DNA from: a virus
Lineage: Duplodnaviria; Caudoviricetes
DNA length: 43,451 bases
Reading direction: 5' to 3' (one strand)
Virus record (IMG/VR): IMGVR_UViG_3300048849_000035
Coordinates: 1-43,451 of that record
The position numbers and the translations under genes were made by a program. Positions within the stretch are counted from its first letter, which is position 1. Each line of letters opens with the position of its first letter. The notes beneath the pieces were generated by a model. That model was not told the DNA's origin. It worked only from the letters and a program-made list of their open reading frames with translations, and did no database searches. Positions 17,122-27,176 of this stretch are shown piece by piece.

Positions 17122-18021
17122 TTGAGCCTGAAGATCGAAGCTCCCGCCGCCGCCGCCCCGCAGGCTGCCACCACCACCACCACCGCTGCCCCCGCGCAGG
17201 TCCAGGCGCCCGCCGCCGATCCGCAGCCGGGCACCCCGGAATACGATGCGGCGATGATCGCCCGTGGCGCTGGGGTGCAAATCCGCGGCGTCCAGCCGGG
17301 CACCCCGCCCACCGAGGCGGCCACCCAGGAGGCCCCGGAGCGCCCCGAGTGGCTGCCCGAGAAGTTCTCCAACCCCGAGGCCCTGGCCAAGGCGTACAAG
17401 GAGCTTGAGGCGAAGCTGGGCGCTCCCAAGGAGGCCGCCCCGGCTGCCACCCCGGAGACCCCTGCTGCGGGCACCGCCGAGGCCGCCGTGGCCAATGCGG
17501 GCCTGGACATGTCCACCCTCTCGGCAGAGTTCGCCCAGACGGGCAGCCTGTCCGAGGACAGCTACACCAAGCTGGAGAAGGCGGGCATCCCGCGCGCCAT
17601 GGTGGACAGCTACATCGACGGTCAGCTGGCCGTGGCGGAGCGTCAGGCGCAGGAAGCCCTGGCCACCGTGGGCGGCAAGGAAGCCTACACCCAGATGACC
17701 GCCTGGGCGCAGCAGGCCTTCTCCGCCGAGGAGACCGCCGCCTACAACCGTATGGTCAACTCCGGCGACCCCTCGGTCGTGAAGATGGCCGTGGCCAGCC
17801 TGAAGGCGCGCTACACCGCCGAGCGTGGCTCCGCGCCGCAGCTGGTGCGCGGTGACCGTGCCGAGGCCCCTGGCGGTGCGGGCTTCCGCTCCACCCAGGA
17901 GATGATGGCCGCGATGTCTGACAGCCGGTACGGCCGCGATCCGGCCTACACCCGCGACGTCGAGCGCCGCGCCACCGCCCTCAGCAGCCTCTCGGGCATC
18001 TCCGTCCGCGTCGTCCGCTGA
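17122..18021 (+). CDS. Capsid scaffolding protein (gp9-like)
   Basis: RPEWLPEKF, LAKAYKELE, VGGKEAY, AMSDSRYGRDPAY; TTG start. Confidence 0.93.
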   Translation: MSLKIEAPAAAAPQAATTTTTAAPAQVQAPAADPQPGTPEYDAAMIARGAGVQIRGVQPGTPPTEAATQEAPERPEWLPEKFSNPEALAKAYKELEAKLGAPKEAAPAATPETPAAGTAEAAVANAGLDMSTLSAEFAQTGSLSEDSYTKLEKAGIPRAMVDSYIDGQLAVAERQAQEALATVGGKEAYTQMTAWAQQAFSAEETAAYNRMVNSGDPSVVKMAVASLKARYTAERGSAPQLVRGDRAEAPGGAGFRSTQEMMAAMSDSRYGRDPAYTRDVERRATALSSLSGISVRVVR

Positions 18022-18042
18022 GGTTAGGTTGCACGTAGAGAG
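18020..18042 (+). promoter_or_regulatory. Phage RNAP late promoter (phi10-like)
   Basis: GAGGTTAGGTTGCACGTAGAGAG upstream of the capsid gene. Confidence 0.8.
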
Positions 18043-18395
18043 GAACAGACACTGAGGATTACCTCTTAGGTTCATCCTAAGGGGCACCTCAGGTTCCTCT
18101 TGAGTGCATCCCGCTCCGCAGCCCCTCCCTTGGAAGCTGTGGCCTGAACAGACAGGCCGTAATGGACACCGTCCCGCCTGACTATCGGGAGGCCCCTGGA
18201 GCCTAGCCCAGGCGCCAGCAGGGAGCGTCATCCCTGCCACCCCTTTCCCGCCCCGCACCCGGACATCTCTTGCGACCGCTTGGCCTGTTGAGGCGCCTCT
18301 GAGGAGGCACTTCAGCGGACACCCTAGCTGCGCCTGAAGACCCCCTGGCGGCGGAGGCACCCCACCCAGAAATCCCACATCGACAAGGAGCCATC

Positions 18396-19334
18396 ATGGC
18401 CGACTTCAACCCGTCTCGTCTTGGTCAGATCAATCAGGCTGGTGCCGACAACGCCCTGTGGCTGAAGATCTTCGCAGGCGAGATCCTGACCGCCTTCGCC
18501 CGCACGACCCAGTTCACCGACCGCCACATGATCCGTGGCATCGAGCACGGCACCAGCGCCCAGTTCCCGGCGATGGGTCGCGGCAACGGCGCCCGCTACC
18601 ACACCCCCGGCACGCAGCTGGTGGGCACGAAGGTCAACCACGCCGAGGTGACCATCAACATCGACGACCTGCTGCTGACCGACCGCTTCATCGCGAACGT
18701 CGATGAACTGAAGAACCACTATGACGTCCGCAAGCCCTACGCGGATGGCATGGGCGAGGAACTGGCGCAGGCCTTCGACAACAACGTCGCTCGCTGCGGC
18801 ATCCTGGCGGCCCGCTCCAACAACGTCGTGAACGGCGGCGACAGCGGCTCCATCCACACCGCCGCGACGGCCAAGACCGACGCCCAGGTGCTGGCGGGTC
18901 TGATCTTCGAGGCCCAGGCCGCGATGGACGAGCGCTTCATCCCCGAGAGCGAGCGCAACTGCTTCGTGAAGCCGGTGCAGTACAACCTGCTGGTGCAGGG
19001 CAAGGACGCCATCAACAAGGACTGGGGCGGTTCCGGCGCCTACTCCGAGGGCACCATCTACCGCATCGGTGGCGCCAACATCGTGAAGGCGACCAACCTG
19101 CCGGTCACCAACTACGCCGATGGCCCGGCCAAGTACCGCGTGAACGCCTCCACCACGGCGGCCCTGCTGATGCACCCGAGCGCGGTGGGCACGGTCAAGC
19201 TGCTCGATCTGGCGATGGAGAGCGAATACAAGACCGACTTCCAGGGCACCCTGTTCGTGGCCAAGTACCTGATGGGCCACGGCGTGCTGCGCCCCGAGGC
19301 TGCGGCCGAACTGCGCACCGGCGCCCCGGCGTAA
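18396..19334 (+). CDS. Major capsid protein (gp10-like)
   Basis: ALWLKIFAGEILTAF, SAQFP, INIDDLL, HYDVR, MGHGVLRPEAA. Confidence 0.97.
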   Translation: MADFNPSRLGQINQAGADNALWLKIFAGEILTAFARTTQFTDRHMIRGIEHGTSAQFPAMGRGNGARYHTPGTQLVGTKVNHAEVTINIDDLLLTDRFIANVDELKNHYDVRKPYADGMGEELAQAFDNNVARCGILAARSNNVVNGGDSGSIHTAATAKTDAQVLAGLIFEAQAAMDERFIPESERNCFVKPVQYNLLVQGKDAINKDWGGSGAYSEGTIYRIGGANIVKATNLPVTNYADGPAKYRVNASTTAALLMHPSAVGTVKLLDLAMESEYKTDFQGTLFVAKYLMGHGVLRPEAAAELRTGAPA

Positions 19335-19353
19335 TCCTTCCATAGCAACCCTT

Positions 19354-19394
19354 GGGTGGCCCTTAGCTTCGGCTACGGGTCACCCTTTTTTTTT
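19354..19394 (+). terminator. T-phi-like terminator
   Basis: GGGTGGCCC-TTAGC-TTCG-GCTAC-GGGTCACCC followed by T9, right after the capsid gene. Confidence 0.92.
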
Positions 19395-19404
19395 CGAGAA
19401 AGGG

Positions 19405-19665
19405 ATGCCTTTGAACCCCGTCAACTACTCCTCCGGGCCGTCCGGTGACGCCTTCGCCGTCGCCCCTTCCAACACCGCGAGCTATGCGGGTGGGGTCTCG
19501 GCGCGCGCCCTCTACGTGGGCACCGCTGGCGACGTCTCCCTGGTGACCGCTGGCGGCACCACGGTGCTGTTCAAGAACGTCCCGGCTGGCTCCTGGCTGC
19601 CCGTCGTGTCCTCTCGGGTGAACCTCACGGGCACCACGGCGGGCGCTCTGGTGGGCCTCCGCTGA
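19405..19665 (+). CDS. Head spike base protein (RcGTA Rcc01079-like)
   Basis: AFAVAPS..RALYVGTAGDV..GTTVLFKNVPAG.WLPV..RV..TGTTA..LVGL, recalled pattern of this family. Confidence 0.8.
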   Translation: MPLNPVNYSSGPSGDAFAVAPSNTASYAGGVSARALYVGTAGDVSLVTAGGTTVLFKNVPAGSWLPVVSSRVNLTGTTAGALVGLR

Positions 19666-19669
19666 TCCC

Positions 19670-20911
19670 ATGATCGGCCTGGGCCTGTCCCTCCTGGGCG
19701 GCCTGAGGGGCGGCCCGAGTGTCCTCAGCTTCGTCTCTGGCGGATACCTCCACCCCTCCGTCGCCCTGACCCGCGCCTCTCCTGGCACCGGCTTCAGCAC
19801 CAGCGGCTCCCTGATCTCCTACGAGGCCAACCTCCCGCGCTTCACCGGGGAGACCCAGGGGCTGCTGGTGGAAGGCGCGCGGACCAACTCCGCCATCAAC
19901 CCGACCGGCACAGGTGCTGGCGTCTACGCGACCGGCTGGTCCTCGATCTCCACGATCAGCGGGATCAACCGAGGCGCCGTGGAAAGCGGCACCGACGAGT
20001 ACGGGGCCTTCTTCGCGATGCGGTTCTCCGGGGCCGCGTCGGCTGATGGCAGCGCCCGCACCGGCTTCGTGGACACCAACACGGTGCCCGCCGCGCTGTC
20101 GCAGATCTGGACCTCCAGTGTCGTGGCGCGGATTGTCAGCGGCACCGCCACGGGCGTGCGCTTCGGCGCCAACCTCATCGAGCGGAATGCGGGCAACGCG
20201 GTACGGTTCAACTACGGCGCCACGGTCCCGGCGACGACCACGCCCGTCCGCCCCTTCTGCACCGTGCCCCTGGCCGCCTCCACCGTGAACAACGTCACGG
20301 GCGAGCTTGCCGTCTCCTTCATCGGGGGCGTGTCGGTGGACTTCGTGATGCGGGTCTACCACGCGCAGATGGAGCTGGGGCCGTTCATGTCCTCGCCCAT
20401 CCTGCCCCCGCCCGGCACCCTCGCCGCCTCCAGCCGCGCCGTGGATGTCCCGACGTGCCTCCTGACCGCCGAGCAGGCGCAGCAGGGGACGCTGGTGGGC
20501 ACCTTCATGATCCCCCAGGCGAACACCGGGGTGGCCCAAGGCCTCGCCGTCCTCAGTTCCGGGGCGTCGGTGTCCAGCCGCATGTTCATGGAGAACACGG
20601 CGGGCCTCAGCACGCTACGCCTCGGGCGCGTCATGAGCGGCACCACGACCTACTCGCCCGTCGCTGGAGAGTATGTGCCAGGTATCCCGTTCAAGGCGGC
20701 CATCTCCTGGGACATCGCAGGCACCTCCATGGCGGTCTCGGGTGGCGCCCCGGTGTCCCTCTCGGGGGGCATCCCGGTCGTGAACCAGCTGATCATCGGG
20801 AACACCAACCCCTCGTCCCTGGGCTTCCCGCTCTGCGGGCAGGTGGACCGCCTCGACTTCTACCCGACGCGCCTTTCCGACGCCCAGCTGCGGAGCCTGA
20901 CCGCACCCTAA
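19670..20911 (+). CDS. Head spike fiber (Rcc01080-like anchor), putative carbohydrate-binding
   Basis: N-terminal MIGLGLSL peptide, LTRAS, GLLVEGARTN, C-terminal lectin-like ..FYPTRLSDAQLRSLT. Confidence 0.7.
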   Translation: MIGLGLSLLGGLRGGPSVLSFVSGGYLHPSVALTRASPGTGFSTSGSLISYEANLPRFTGETQGLLVEGARTNSAINPTGTGAGVYATGWSSISTISGINRGAVESGTDEYGAFFAMRFSGAASADGSARTGFVDTNTVPAALSQIWTSSVVARIVSGTATGVRFGANLIERNAGNAVRFNYGATVPATTTPVRPFCTVPLAASTVNNVTGELAVSFIGGVSVDFVMRVYHAQMELGPFMSSPILPPPGTLAASSRAVDVPTCLLTAEQAQQGTLVGTFMIPQANTGVAQGLAVLSSGASVSSRMFMENTAGLSTLRLGRVMSGTTTYSPVAGEYVPGIPFKAAISWDIAGTSMAVSGGAPVSLSGGIPVVNQLIIGNTNPSSLGFPLCGQVDRLDFYPTRLSDAQLRSLTAP

Positions 20912-20933
20912 ACCCCAGCCAAAGGAGCCTCAC

Positions 20934-21506
20934 CTGCTCACCCTGACCACCGAGTTGGAGGCCGTTAACGCCCTCCTGGCGTCCATCGGGGAGGCCCCTG
21001 TGGCTTCCCTGGAGGGCCTCTTCAACGACGCCCGGCTGGCCCTCGACACCCTGCGCGACACCTCGCGGCTGGTGCAGTCCATGGGCTGGCACTTCAACAC
21101 CGACACCGACGTCCTGCTGACCCCGCTGGACACCGCCGAGATCGTCCTGCCCGCCAACTGCGTGCGGGTGGACATCGACCCCCGGCGGGAGCGGCGCCAG
21201 ATCACCCAGCGCGGGAGCAAGCTCTACGACAAGGTCGAGCGGAGCTTCGCCTTCTCAGCCCCGGTGCGGGTGAGCATGGTGACCCTACTGACCTGGGACG
21301 AGCTTCCCGAGCCAGTGCGCCAGTACGTCAAGGCCCGCGCCCTGAGCCGGTTCCAGAACCGCACCTTGGGCGACCCCGGACTGACGAACTTCTCCGCTGC
21401 CGACGAGGCCGAGGCCCGCGCGGCCCTCAAGGGCTTCGAGGCGGACACGGGGAACCACAACATGCTCACAGGCAGCTGGGACGTCTTCCGCATCATCAAC
21501 CGCTAA
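20934..21506 (+). CDS. Tail tubular protein A (gp11-like); proposed CTG start
   Basis: TTELEAVNALLASIGEAPV, VQSMGWHFNT, WDELPE; AAGGAG 20922-20927 then CTG 20934. Confidence 0.92.
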   Translation: MLTLTTELEAVNALLASIGEAPVASLEGLFNDARLALDTLRDTSRLVQSMGWHFNTDTDVLLTPLDTAEIVLPANCVRVDIDPRRERRQITQRGSKLYDKVERSFAFSAPVRVSMVTLLTWDELPEPVRQYVKARALSRFQNRTLGDPGLTNFSAADEAEARAALKGFEADTGNHNMLTGSWDVFRIINR

Positions 21507-21521
21507 CCGAAGGGAGCTTCC

Positions 21522-23876
21522 GTGGCGCTTATCGAGGGGACCATCCCCACCCTTGTGAATGGCGTGTCCCAGCAGCCCGATACGCTGCGGCAGCCATCCC
21601 AAGGCGCCCTCCAAGAGAACTGCCTCTCCTCGCCCGTCTATGGGCTGCTGAGGCGCCCCCCTACGACCCACCTAGCGGCCCCTTTCGGCCTGGAGTGGGG
21701 CGACGGGGTCTTCCATCTGATCAACCGCGACGCCCAGCACCGCTACATCGCGTGCTTCCGCAGCGGACAGTGCGCGGTCCTGAGCCTCACCACGGGTGAG
21801 ATGGTCTCGGTGGCAGCGCCCTCGGGTGTCGAATACCTGACGGGTTCCGGTGCCCCCGGCGACTACCTCCGCTTCGTGACCATCGCGGACTACACCTTCG
21901 TGGTGAACACCCAGCGCACCGTGGGCATGCTCCCGGCGCCGCCTATGGGGATCGTCAACGACGCCCTGGTGTTCATCAAGCTGGGCAACTACGGCAAGAC
22001 CTACAAGATCCACGTCAACGGCGCCGAGGTGGCCACCTACACCACCCCGACCGGCAAGGTGGACACCGATGTCCAGGCGCTGGACGTGTCCTTCATCGGG
22101 GCACAGCTGGCGGGCCAGATCTCCGCCAAGCTGCCCTCCTGGGGCGTCTCGCAGACCGGCAACGTGATCCGCATCGTCGCTCCGAACGACGCCGCCTTCA
22201 CGATCTTCTCCGAGGACGGCTACGGCGATCAGGCCATGACGGTCATCCGCCACGAGGTGCAGCGGTTCTCCGACCTCCCCTCCCGCGCCCCCTCGGGGTT
22301 CCGCGCGAAGGTCGTGGGGTCTCCCGAGAGCGGCACCGACGACTACTGGGTGGAGTTCCAGCAGTCCAACGGCGGCGATAGCGTCGGCGTCTGGCGCGAG
22401 TGCGCGGCCCCCGGCACCCCGGTGCAGCTTGATCCGCTGACCATGCCGCACGTTCTGGTGCGCGAGGCCAACGGCTCCTTCACCTTCCGCCCCTCGGAAT
22501 GGGGCCAGCGGAAGGCGGGCGACGAGGAGATGATCCCGCGCCCCTCCTTCGTGGGCCGGGCCATCCGCGACGTGTTCAGCCACAAGTCCCGCCTGGGGCT
22601 GCTCTCGGACGAGAACGTGGTCCTCTCCGAGGCGGGCACCTACTTCAACTTCTGGCGCAACTCGGCGGCGCAGCTGATCGACACCGACCCCATCGACGTG
22701 GCCTCCTCCTCCAATACGGTGGCCCTGCTCGACCACGCGGTGTCCTTCAACGAGACCCTGCTGGTGTTCAGCCGGGACGTCATCTTCCGCATGGCGACCC
22801 CGGACCTGCTGACTCCGCAGACCGCCGCCCTGGCGGAGAGCGCGAACTATCCCTGCGCTCCTGGGTGCCGCCCGGTGGGCCTGGGGCAATTCGTGTGGTT
22901 CGCCGCCGACACCTCCGCAGGGACCGCCCGAGTGCGCGCCCTGGGTGCGGCCGAGAACAGCGACCAGCTGGTGGCGGACGACGTGACCTCTCACGTCCCC
23001 GACTACATCGCCGCTGGGGTGCGCTCCGTCGCCGCCTCGGCCAACGACCAGATGCTGTTCCTGCGCACCGAGGGTGACCCTGAGGCGCTCTACGTCTACC
23101 GCTTCCTCGACGCTGGCAACGGCGAGAGGCTGCTGTCTTCGTGGTCCCGCTGGTCCTACTCGGGGAACGTCCTGGCCGCCCTGGCGGTGGACGACCTCCT
23201 CTTCACGGTGGTGCAGACGGCGACGAACCTGACCGTCGAGATGTCCCGCATCGCCGCCTACCCGGCGGAGGATGGGGTTCGCCTCGCCCGTCTGGACAGG
23301 TCGGTGGTGGGGCGTCCCTCCGCCTACGACCCGGAGAACGACCACACGCCCTTCCTGCTGCCCTACCAAGTCAGCGAGGATCGGGCGGCGCAGCTGGTCG
23401 TGGTGTCCCTGGAGGACCGCCGCACGGTGCCCGCCCGCCTGAACAGCGACGGGACCGCCCTGGTGGTGCCAGGGAACTGGGACGGCAAGCTGCTCCAGGC
23501 CGGGTTCCGCTACGAGAGCCGCTACAGGTTCTCGAAGCTGTGGCCCCGCCCGCAGGGTTCCGCCGCCGCCATGGACACCGGGCGCCTCCAGATCCGTTTC
23601 CTGGAGGTGCTGCTGGACGAGACGGAATACTGCCGGGCCGAGGTCTTCCTCGATCCCCGCCAGCCCGCCTCCCTGGTGCCCTACTCGGCCGCCTTCCTCG
23701 ACAGCCCTGACAACATCTTCGGACACCGTCAGCGCAACCGGGGGCGGCTCCATGTGCCCATCATGGGCAACACCGAGCGGCTCACCGTGGACCTCGTCAA
23801 CGACAGCCCCTGGGAGAGCCGCTGGATCTCCGCCCGCTGGGAAGCCCTATGGCGCACTCGCGGTCGGCGCATCTAA
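21522..23876 (+). CDS. Tail tubular protein B (gp12-like)
   Basis: GVSQQP, GLLRRP, TIADYTFVVN, MPHVL, PSFVG, DTDPID, SWSRW, GRLQIR. Confidence 0.95.
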   Translation: MALIEGTIPTLVNGVSQQPDTLRQPSQGALQENCLSSPVYGLLRRPPTTHLAAPFGLEWGDGVFHLINRDAQHRYIACFRSGQCAVLSLTTGEMVSVAAPSGVEYLTGSGAPGDYLRFVTIADYTFVVNTQRTVGMLPAPPMGIVNDALVFIKLGNYGKTYKIHVNGAEVATYTTPTGKVDTDVQALDVSFIGAQLAGQISAKLPSWGVSQTGNVIRIVAPNDAAFTIFSEDGYGDQAMTVIRHEVQRFSDLPSRAPSGFRAKVVGSPESGTDDYWVEFQQSNGGDSVGVWRECAAPGTPVQLDPLTMPHVLVREANGSFTFRPSEWGQRKAGDEEMIPRPSFVGRAIRDVFSHKSRLGLLSDENVVLSEAGTYFNFWRNSAAQLIDTDPIDVASSSNTVALLDHAVSFNETLLVFSRDVIFRMATPDLLTPQTAALAESANYPCAPGCRPVGLGQFVWFAADTSAGTARVRALGAAENSDQLVADDVTSHVPDYIAAGVRSVAASANDQMLFLRTEGDPEALYVYRFLDAGNGERLLSSWSRWSYSGNVLAALAVDDLLFTVVQTATNLTVEMSRIAAYPAEDGVRLARLDRSVVGRPSAYDPENDHTPFLLPYQVSEDRAAQLVVVSLEDRRTVPARLNSDGTALVVPGNWDGKLLQAGFRYESRYRFSKLWPRPQGSAAAMDTGRLQIRFLEVLLDETEYCRAEVFLDPRQPASLVPYSAAFLDSPDNIFGHRQRNRGRLHVPIMGNTERLTVDLVNDSPWESRWISARWEALWRTRGRRI

Positions 23877-24295
23877 CCCCCGCCACGCTCGCCCACGCCT
23901 CCTGGCTGGGCCAGAACCTCCGCCCCGAGGATGCCGCCGAGTTGCGCGCCTGGGGTCGGACGGATCTCCAAGGTGTCGTCGAGGAGGGCTTCCGGCTCTC
24001 CGAGGAGGCTTTCACGGGCCACCTAGGTGACCGCGTGGTGGCCATGGCTGGCGTCGTGGCGACCCCGATGGGTGGCTGCGTCTGGCTCTTGGGAGCGCCT
24101 GGTTTGGAGCGCCTCGCGGTTCAGTTGCACAAAGAGGCGAAGGCGAAGATCGCCTCCTGGCTGCCCCGCCACGGCCGCCTCTTCAACACCTGCTGGGCAC
24201 CCAACACGGTCCATGTCCGCTGGCTGCGGCGCCTGGGCTTCACCCTTCATCCACCCCAAGGAGACTTCATTGCGTTCGAGATGACCCATGTGTGA
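23849..24295 (+). CDS. Internal virion protein A (gp13-like)
   Basis: LRPEDAAE, VWLLG, LFNT..NTVHVRWLRRLGF; synteny. Confidence 0.85.
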   Translation: MAHSRSAHLTPATLAHASWLGQNLRPEDAAELRAWGRTDLQGVVEEGFRLSEEAFTGHLGDRVVAMAGVVATPMGGCVWLLGAPGLERLAVQLHKEAKAKIASWLPRHGRLFNTCWAPNTVHVRWLRRLGFTLHPPQGDFIAFEMTHV

Positions 24296-24857
24296 CCCGA
24301 CAGGTATTTCCTACGCCACCCTGGCCATCGCCATTGCCTCCGCCGCCACTGGATATGTGGCCCAGGATCAGCAGGCCACGGCGCAGACCAACTACGCCGA
24401 GCGTGCCCGCGATGCGGCCCGCGAGAAGGCGGCCAACGACTTCGCTGCCCTCGGGCTGCGGCAGAGCCAGGAGCAGGCCGCCGCCGCCGAGAAGGACATC
24501 CAGGCGCAGCGCCAGGGTGAGGCCAATGCCGCCACCTCGCTGGTCTCCGGGCTGGAGGCTGGTGCCGCCGGTAACAGCTTCGCGGACACCGTCTCCAACA
24601 TCCTGGGGCGCGAGAACGCCGCCCGTGCGCAGGCTGCCGCCCAGAGGGACATGACCGTGTCCCAGCTGGAGGCGGAGAAGCTGGGCGTGGCGGACGGCAC
24701 CCAGGCCACCCTCAACTCCGCCCGGAACGGCACCGCCCCCTCCATGGTGGGCCTGGGGCTGGAGATCGGTGGCGCGGCGCTGAAGTCCTACGACACCTAC
24801 GACCGCTACCAGTACCGCCAGACGGCCGGAACCAAGACCCACACCCGAACCCCGTAA
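24288..24857 (+). CDS. Internal virion protein B (gp14-like)
   Basis: MCDP start, Ala/Gln-rich, GAAGNS; synteny. Confidence 0.85.
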   Translation: MCDPTGISYATLAIAIASAATGYVAQDQQATAQTNYAERARDAAREKAANDFAALGLRQSQEQAAAAEKDIQAQRQGEANAATSLVSGLEAGAAGNSFADTVSNILGRENAARAQAAAQRDMTVSQLEAEKLGVADGTQATLNSARNGTAPSMVGLGLEIGGAALKSYDTYDRYQYRQTAGTKTHTRTP

Positions 24858-24866
24858 GGAGCACCC

Positions 24867-27164
24867 ATGGCGCAGCAGCGCCGGATCAACCCCTCCCAAG
24901 CTCAGATCGAAGTTGCCCGTCCTACCGCCGCCCCCACGGCGCGCTTGGTCACACCCCAGGCCCCCGAGGAAGTCCCTCTGGCGGGGCTGGCCAAGTCCCT
25001 GGCGAGCTTCGACCCCGTCTTCCGCCGACAGGCCAACGACTACCTCTCCAACCGGCGCGACAAGATGCTGGAGCAGGCCGGGGCGGATGCGGCCTCCATG
25101 ACCGCCGAAGAGCGCACCAAGGCGATGAAGGAGGGCACCCTGGACCACTCCGGGGATCGCGTCTTCGACGAGGCCTTCGCTGCTGCCCACGCCCTCCGCC
25201 TCGCCTCCGACGCAGGCATGGAACTGACCGAACAGGCGCGCACCGGGCAGCTGGACCTGTCCACGCAGGACGTCTCCCAGGTCATGGGCGAGCGCATCAA
25301 GGCCTTCGCGGAGGGTGAGGGCAAGAACAACCCGAACCTCCTGAACGCCTATCGGACGGGCCTCAGCCGCTTCCAGGCGGGCCTTCAGAGCATGCAGGTG
25401 ACCCAGCGCGTCGAGAAGCGGAACACCGAGATCGGCAACGCCTTCGTGGGGCTGGTCAACGGCGAGGTCACCAAGTCCGACACCGAGGGCCGCTCGCCCG
25501 AGGATGTGGCCAAGGGCATCCTGGCGTCGGTGCCTGCCTTCGCGCAGAACCTCGGCGTCAAGAACAGCGACCTCGACACCATCCTGTTCCGCTCCGTCAT
25601 CCCCGCCCTGGCGGATCAGGGGCGCAAGGATCTCGTCCGCGCCATCCTGACCGATGACCGTGGCGGTGTCGGCGCCCTGGGCAACAAGGCCGCCTTCATG
25701 GCCAAGGCCCAGGATCTGATCGACCACGCCGACAAGAAGTGGGTGGAGCGCGCCCGCAAAGACCCCAAGGTGGTCGAGCAGATGACGCGCCTGTCCATCG
25801 CTGCGGCGCAGGGCGGGCTGAACCCGGCGGAGCTTGCGGCCTTCAACGAGCAGTATCCCGGCGTCATGTCGGAAGCTCGCCAGATCGGCCTCCAGACCCA
25901 GTCGGTCACCTCCGCCGAAGCCCGCGCCACGCGCGCCCAGAACCGGGCCATCGCGGAAGCCGAGCGCGCCCGCCGACTGGCTGACCAACGCGCCGCCATC
26001 GTGGCGGAGCAGCAGGGCACCGTCATGGGCGCCACGGCCACCCTGACCGGCCGCACCGACACGATGCGTGATATCGTGCGGATCGACAGCAACGGTGCCA
26101 AGCACACCATCACGGTGGACCAGCAGCTGCGGGCGGGCCTCCAGCCTGCCATCGACCTCGCCCTCAAGGACCGCGCGGAGGAGCTTCGGGTGAAGCCCGA
26201 GGAGCTTTCGGAGGACCAGAAGCGCGAGGTCACCATCGGCGTGCTGTCCCGCAGCGGCCAGACCCTGCCCGCCTGGGAGAACACCTACGGCACCCTGGCG
26301 TCCCGCCTGCTCACCCCCGAGGTGGCCGAGGGTAAGGTGCCGCAGGAGCTTGAGGGGCAGTTCGGGGAGTACCAGAAGCTGTTCGCGCTCAACCCGGACC
26401 TCGCCCGGCGCCACGCTGGGTCGGACAATGCGAACACCTTCCGGGCCATCCGCGAGCTTCAGCAGAACGGCTACTCGTTCTCCGAGGCTGCCCGCCGGGT
26501 GGTCTCCGGTCGCCTGCGGACGCAGGGTGACGGCGCCCTGATGCGCATTCAGGAGCAGCAGCTGAACGTCGCCCTGGGCAAGCTCGCGCCCGGCTGGCTG
26601 GAGCGCACCTTCGGCGGCGCAGACAGGGAGGGCGTCGTCTACAACGCCTCCTCCGTCATGGACACCGTGGTGAACATGGCTCGCACGCACATCCAGGCTG
26701 GCGAGCAGAACATGGAGAAGGCCCTCCAGCGCGCCCAGGCGGAGGTGAAGCCCTACTTCGCGAACGTCCGGGGGACCATGCTCAACCGGAACGAGGCTGG
26801 CCTCACCACCCCCGAGCGGGAGGAAGCCCTCCGCGCCTACCTCGACGCCTACGGCGAGGCCGCTGGGCTGAAGGGCGAGCGCATCCACGTCCTGCCTGCC
26901 GTGCCCGGCACCAACAAGCTGGTCATCGGCGTGAAGGATGAAGACGGCGCAGTCCGCCCGGTGCCCTACTCGCGCCCCGAGGTGGCCACCAAGACCCGCG
27001 AGGGCGCGCTGCCGTACACCTTCAACATCGACACCGTCATGTCTTGGTATCGCACCCAGGACGACAAGAAGCGCCAGGAGGTCATCCAGCGCAACGAACA
27101 GGTCCGCGCCACGCCGCCGGTCCCCGATGACCCGCGCTTCTATTCCGGGAGCGCCATGCCCTAA
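24867..27164 (+). CDS. Internal virion protein C (gp15-like)
   Basis: Size, helical composition and synteny; AAGGAG SD. Confidence 0.75.
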   Translation: MAQQRRINPSQAQIEVARPTAAPTARLVTPQAPEEVPLAGLAKSLASFDPVFRRQANDYLSNRRDKMLEQAGADAASMTAEERTKAMKEGTLDHSGDRVFDEAFAAAHALRLASDAGMELTEQARTGQLDLSTQDVSQVMGERIKAFAEGEGKNNPNLLNAYRTGLSRFQAGLQSMQVTQRVEKRNTEIGNAFVGLVNGEVTKSDTEGRSPEDVAKGILASVPAFAQNLGVKNSDLDTILFRSVIPALADQGRKDLVRAILTDDRGGVGALGNKAAFMAKAQDLIDHADKKWVERARKDPKVVEQMTRLSIAAAQGGLNPAELAAFNEQYPGVMSEARQIGLQTQSVTSAEARATRAQNRAIAEAERARRLADQRAAIVAEQQGTVMGATATLTGRTDTMRDIVRIDSNGAKHTITVDQQLRAGLQPAIDLALKDRAEELRVKPEELSEDQKREVTIGVLSRSGQTLPAWENTYGTLASRLLTPEVAEGKVPQELEGQFGEYQKLFALNPDLARRHAGSDNANTFRAIRELQQNGYSFSEAARRVVSGRLRTQGDGALMRIQEQQLNVALGKLAPGWLERTFGGADREGVVYNASSVMDTVVNMARTHIQAGEQNMEKALQRAQAEVKPYFANVRGTMLNRNEAGLTTPEREEALRAYLDAYGEAAGLKGERIHVLPAVPGTNKLVIGVKDEDGAVRPVPYSRPEVATKTREGALPYTFNIDTVMSWYRTQDDKKRQEVIQRNEQVRATPPVPDDPRFYSGSAMP

Positions 27165-27176
27165 CCCAAGGAACCC

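Noticed and set aside
18050-18345. Further hammerheads at CTGAGGA (18052) and CTGAAGA (18334)
   Set aside because: No stem II followed by GAAA.
19300-19400. gp10A/10B-type capsid frameshift
   Set aside because: No slippery sequence before the stop; a terminator and a separately initiated gene follow.
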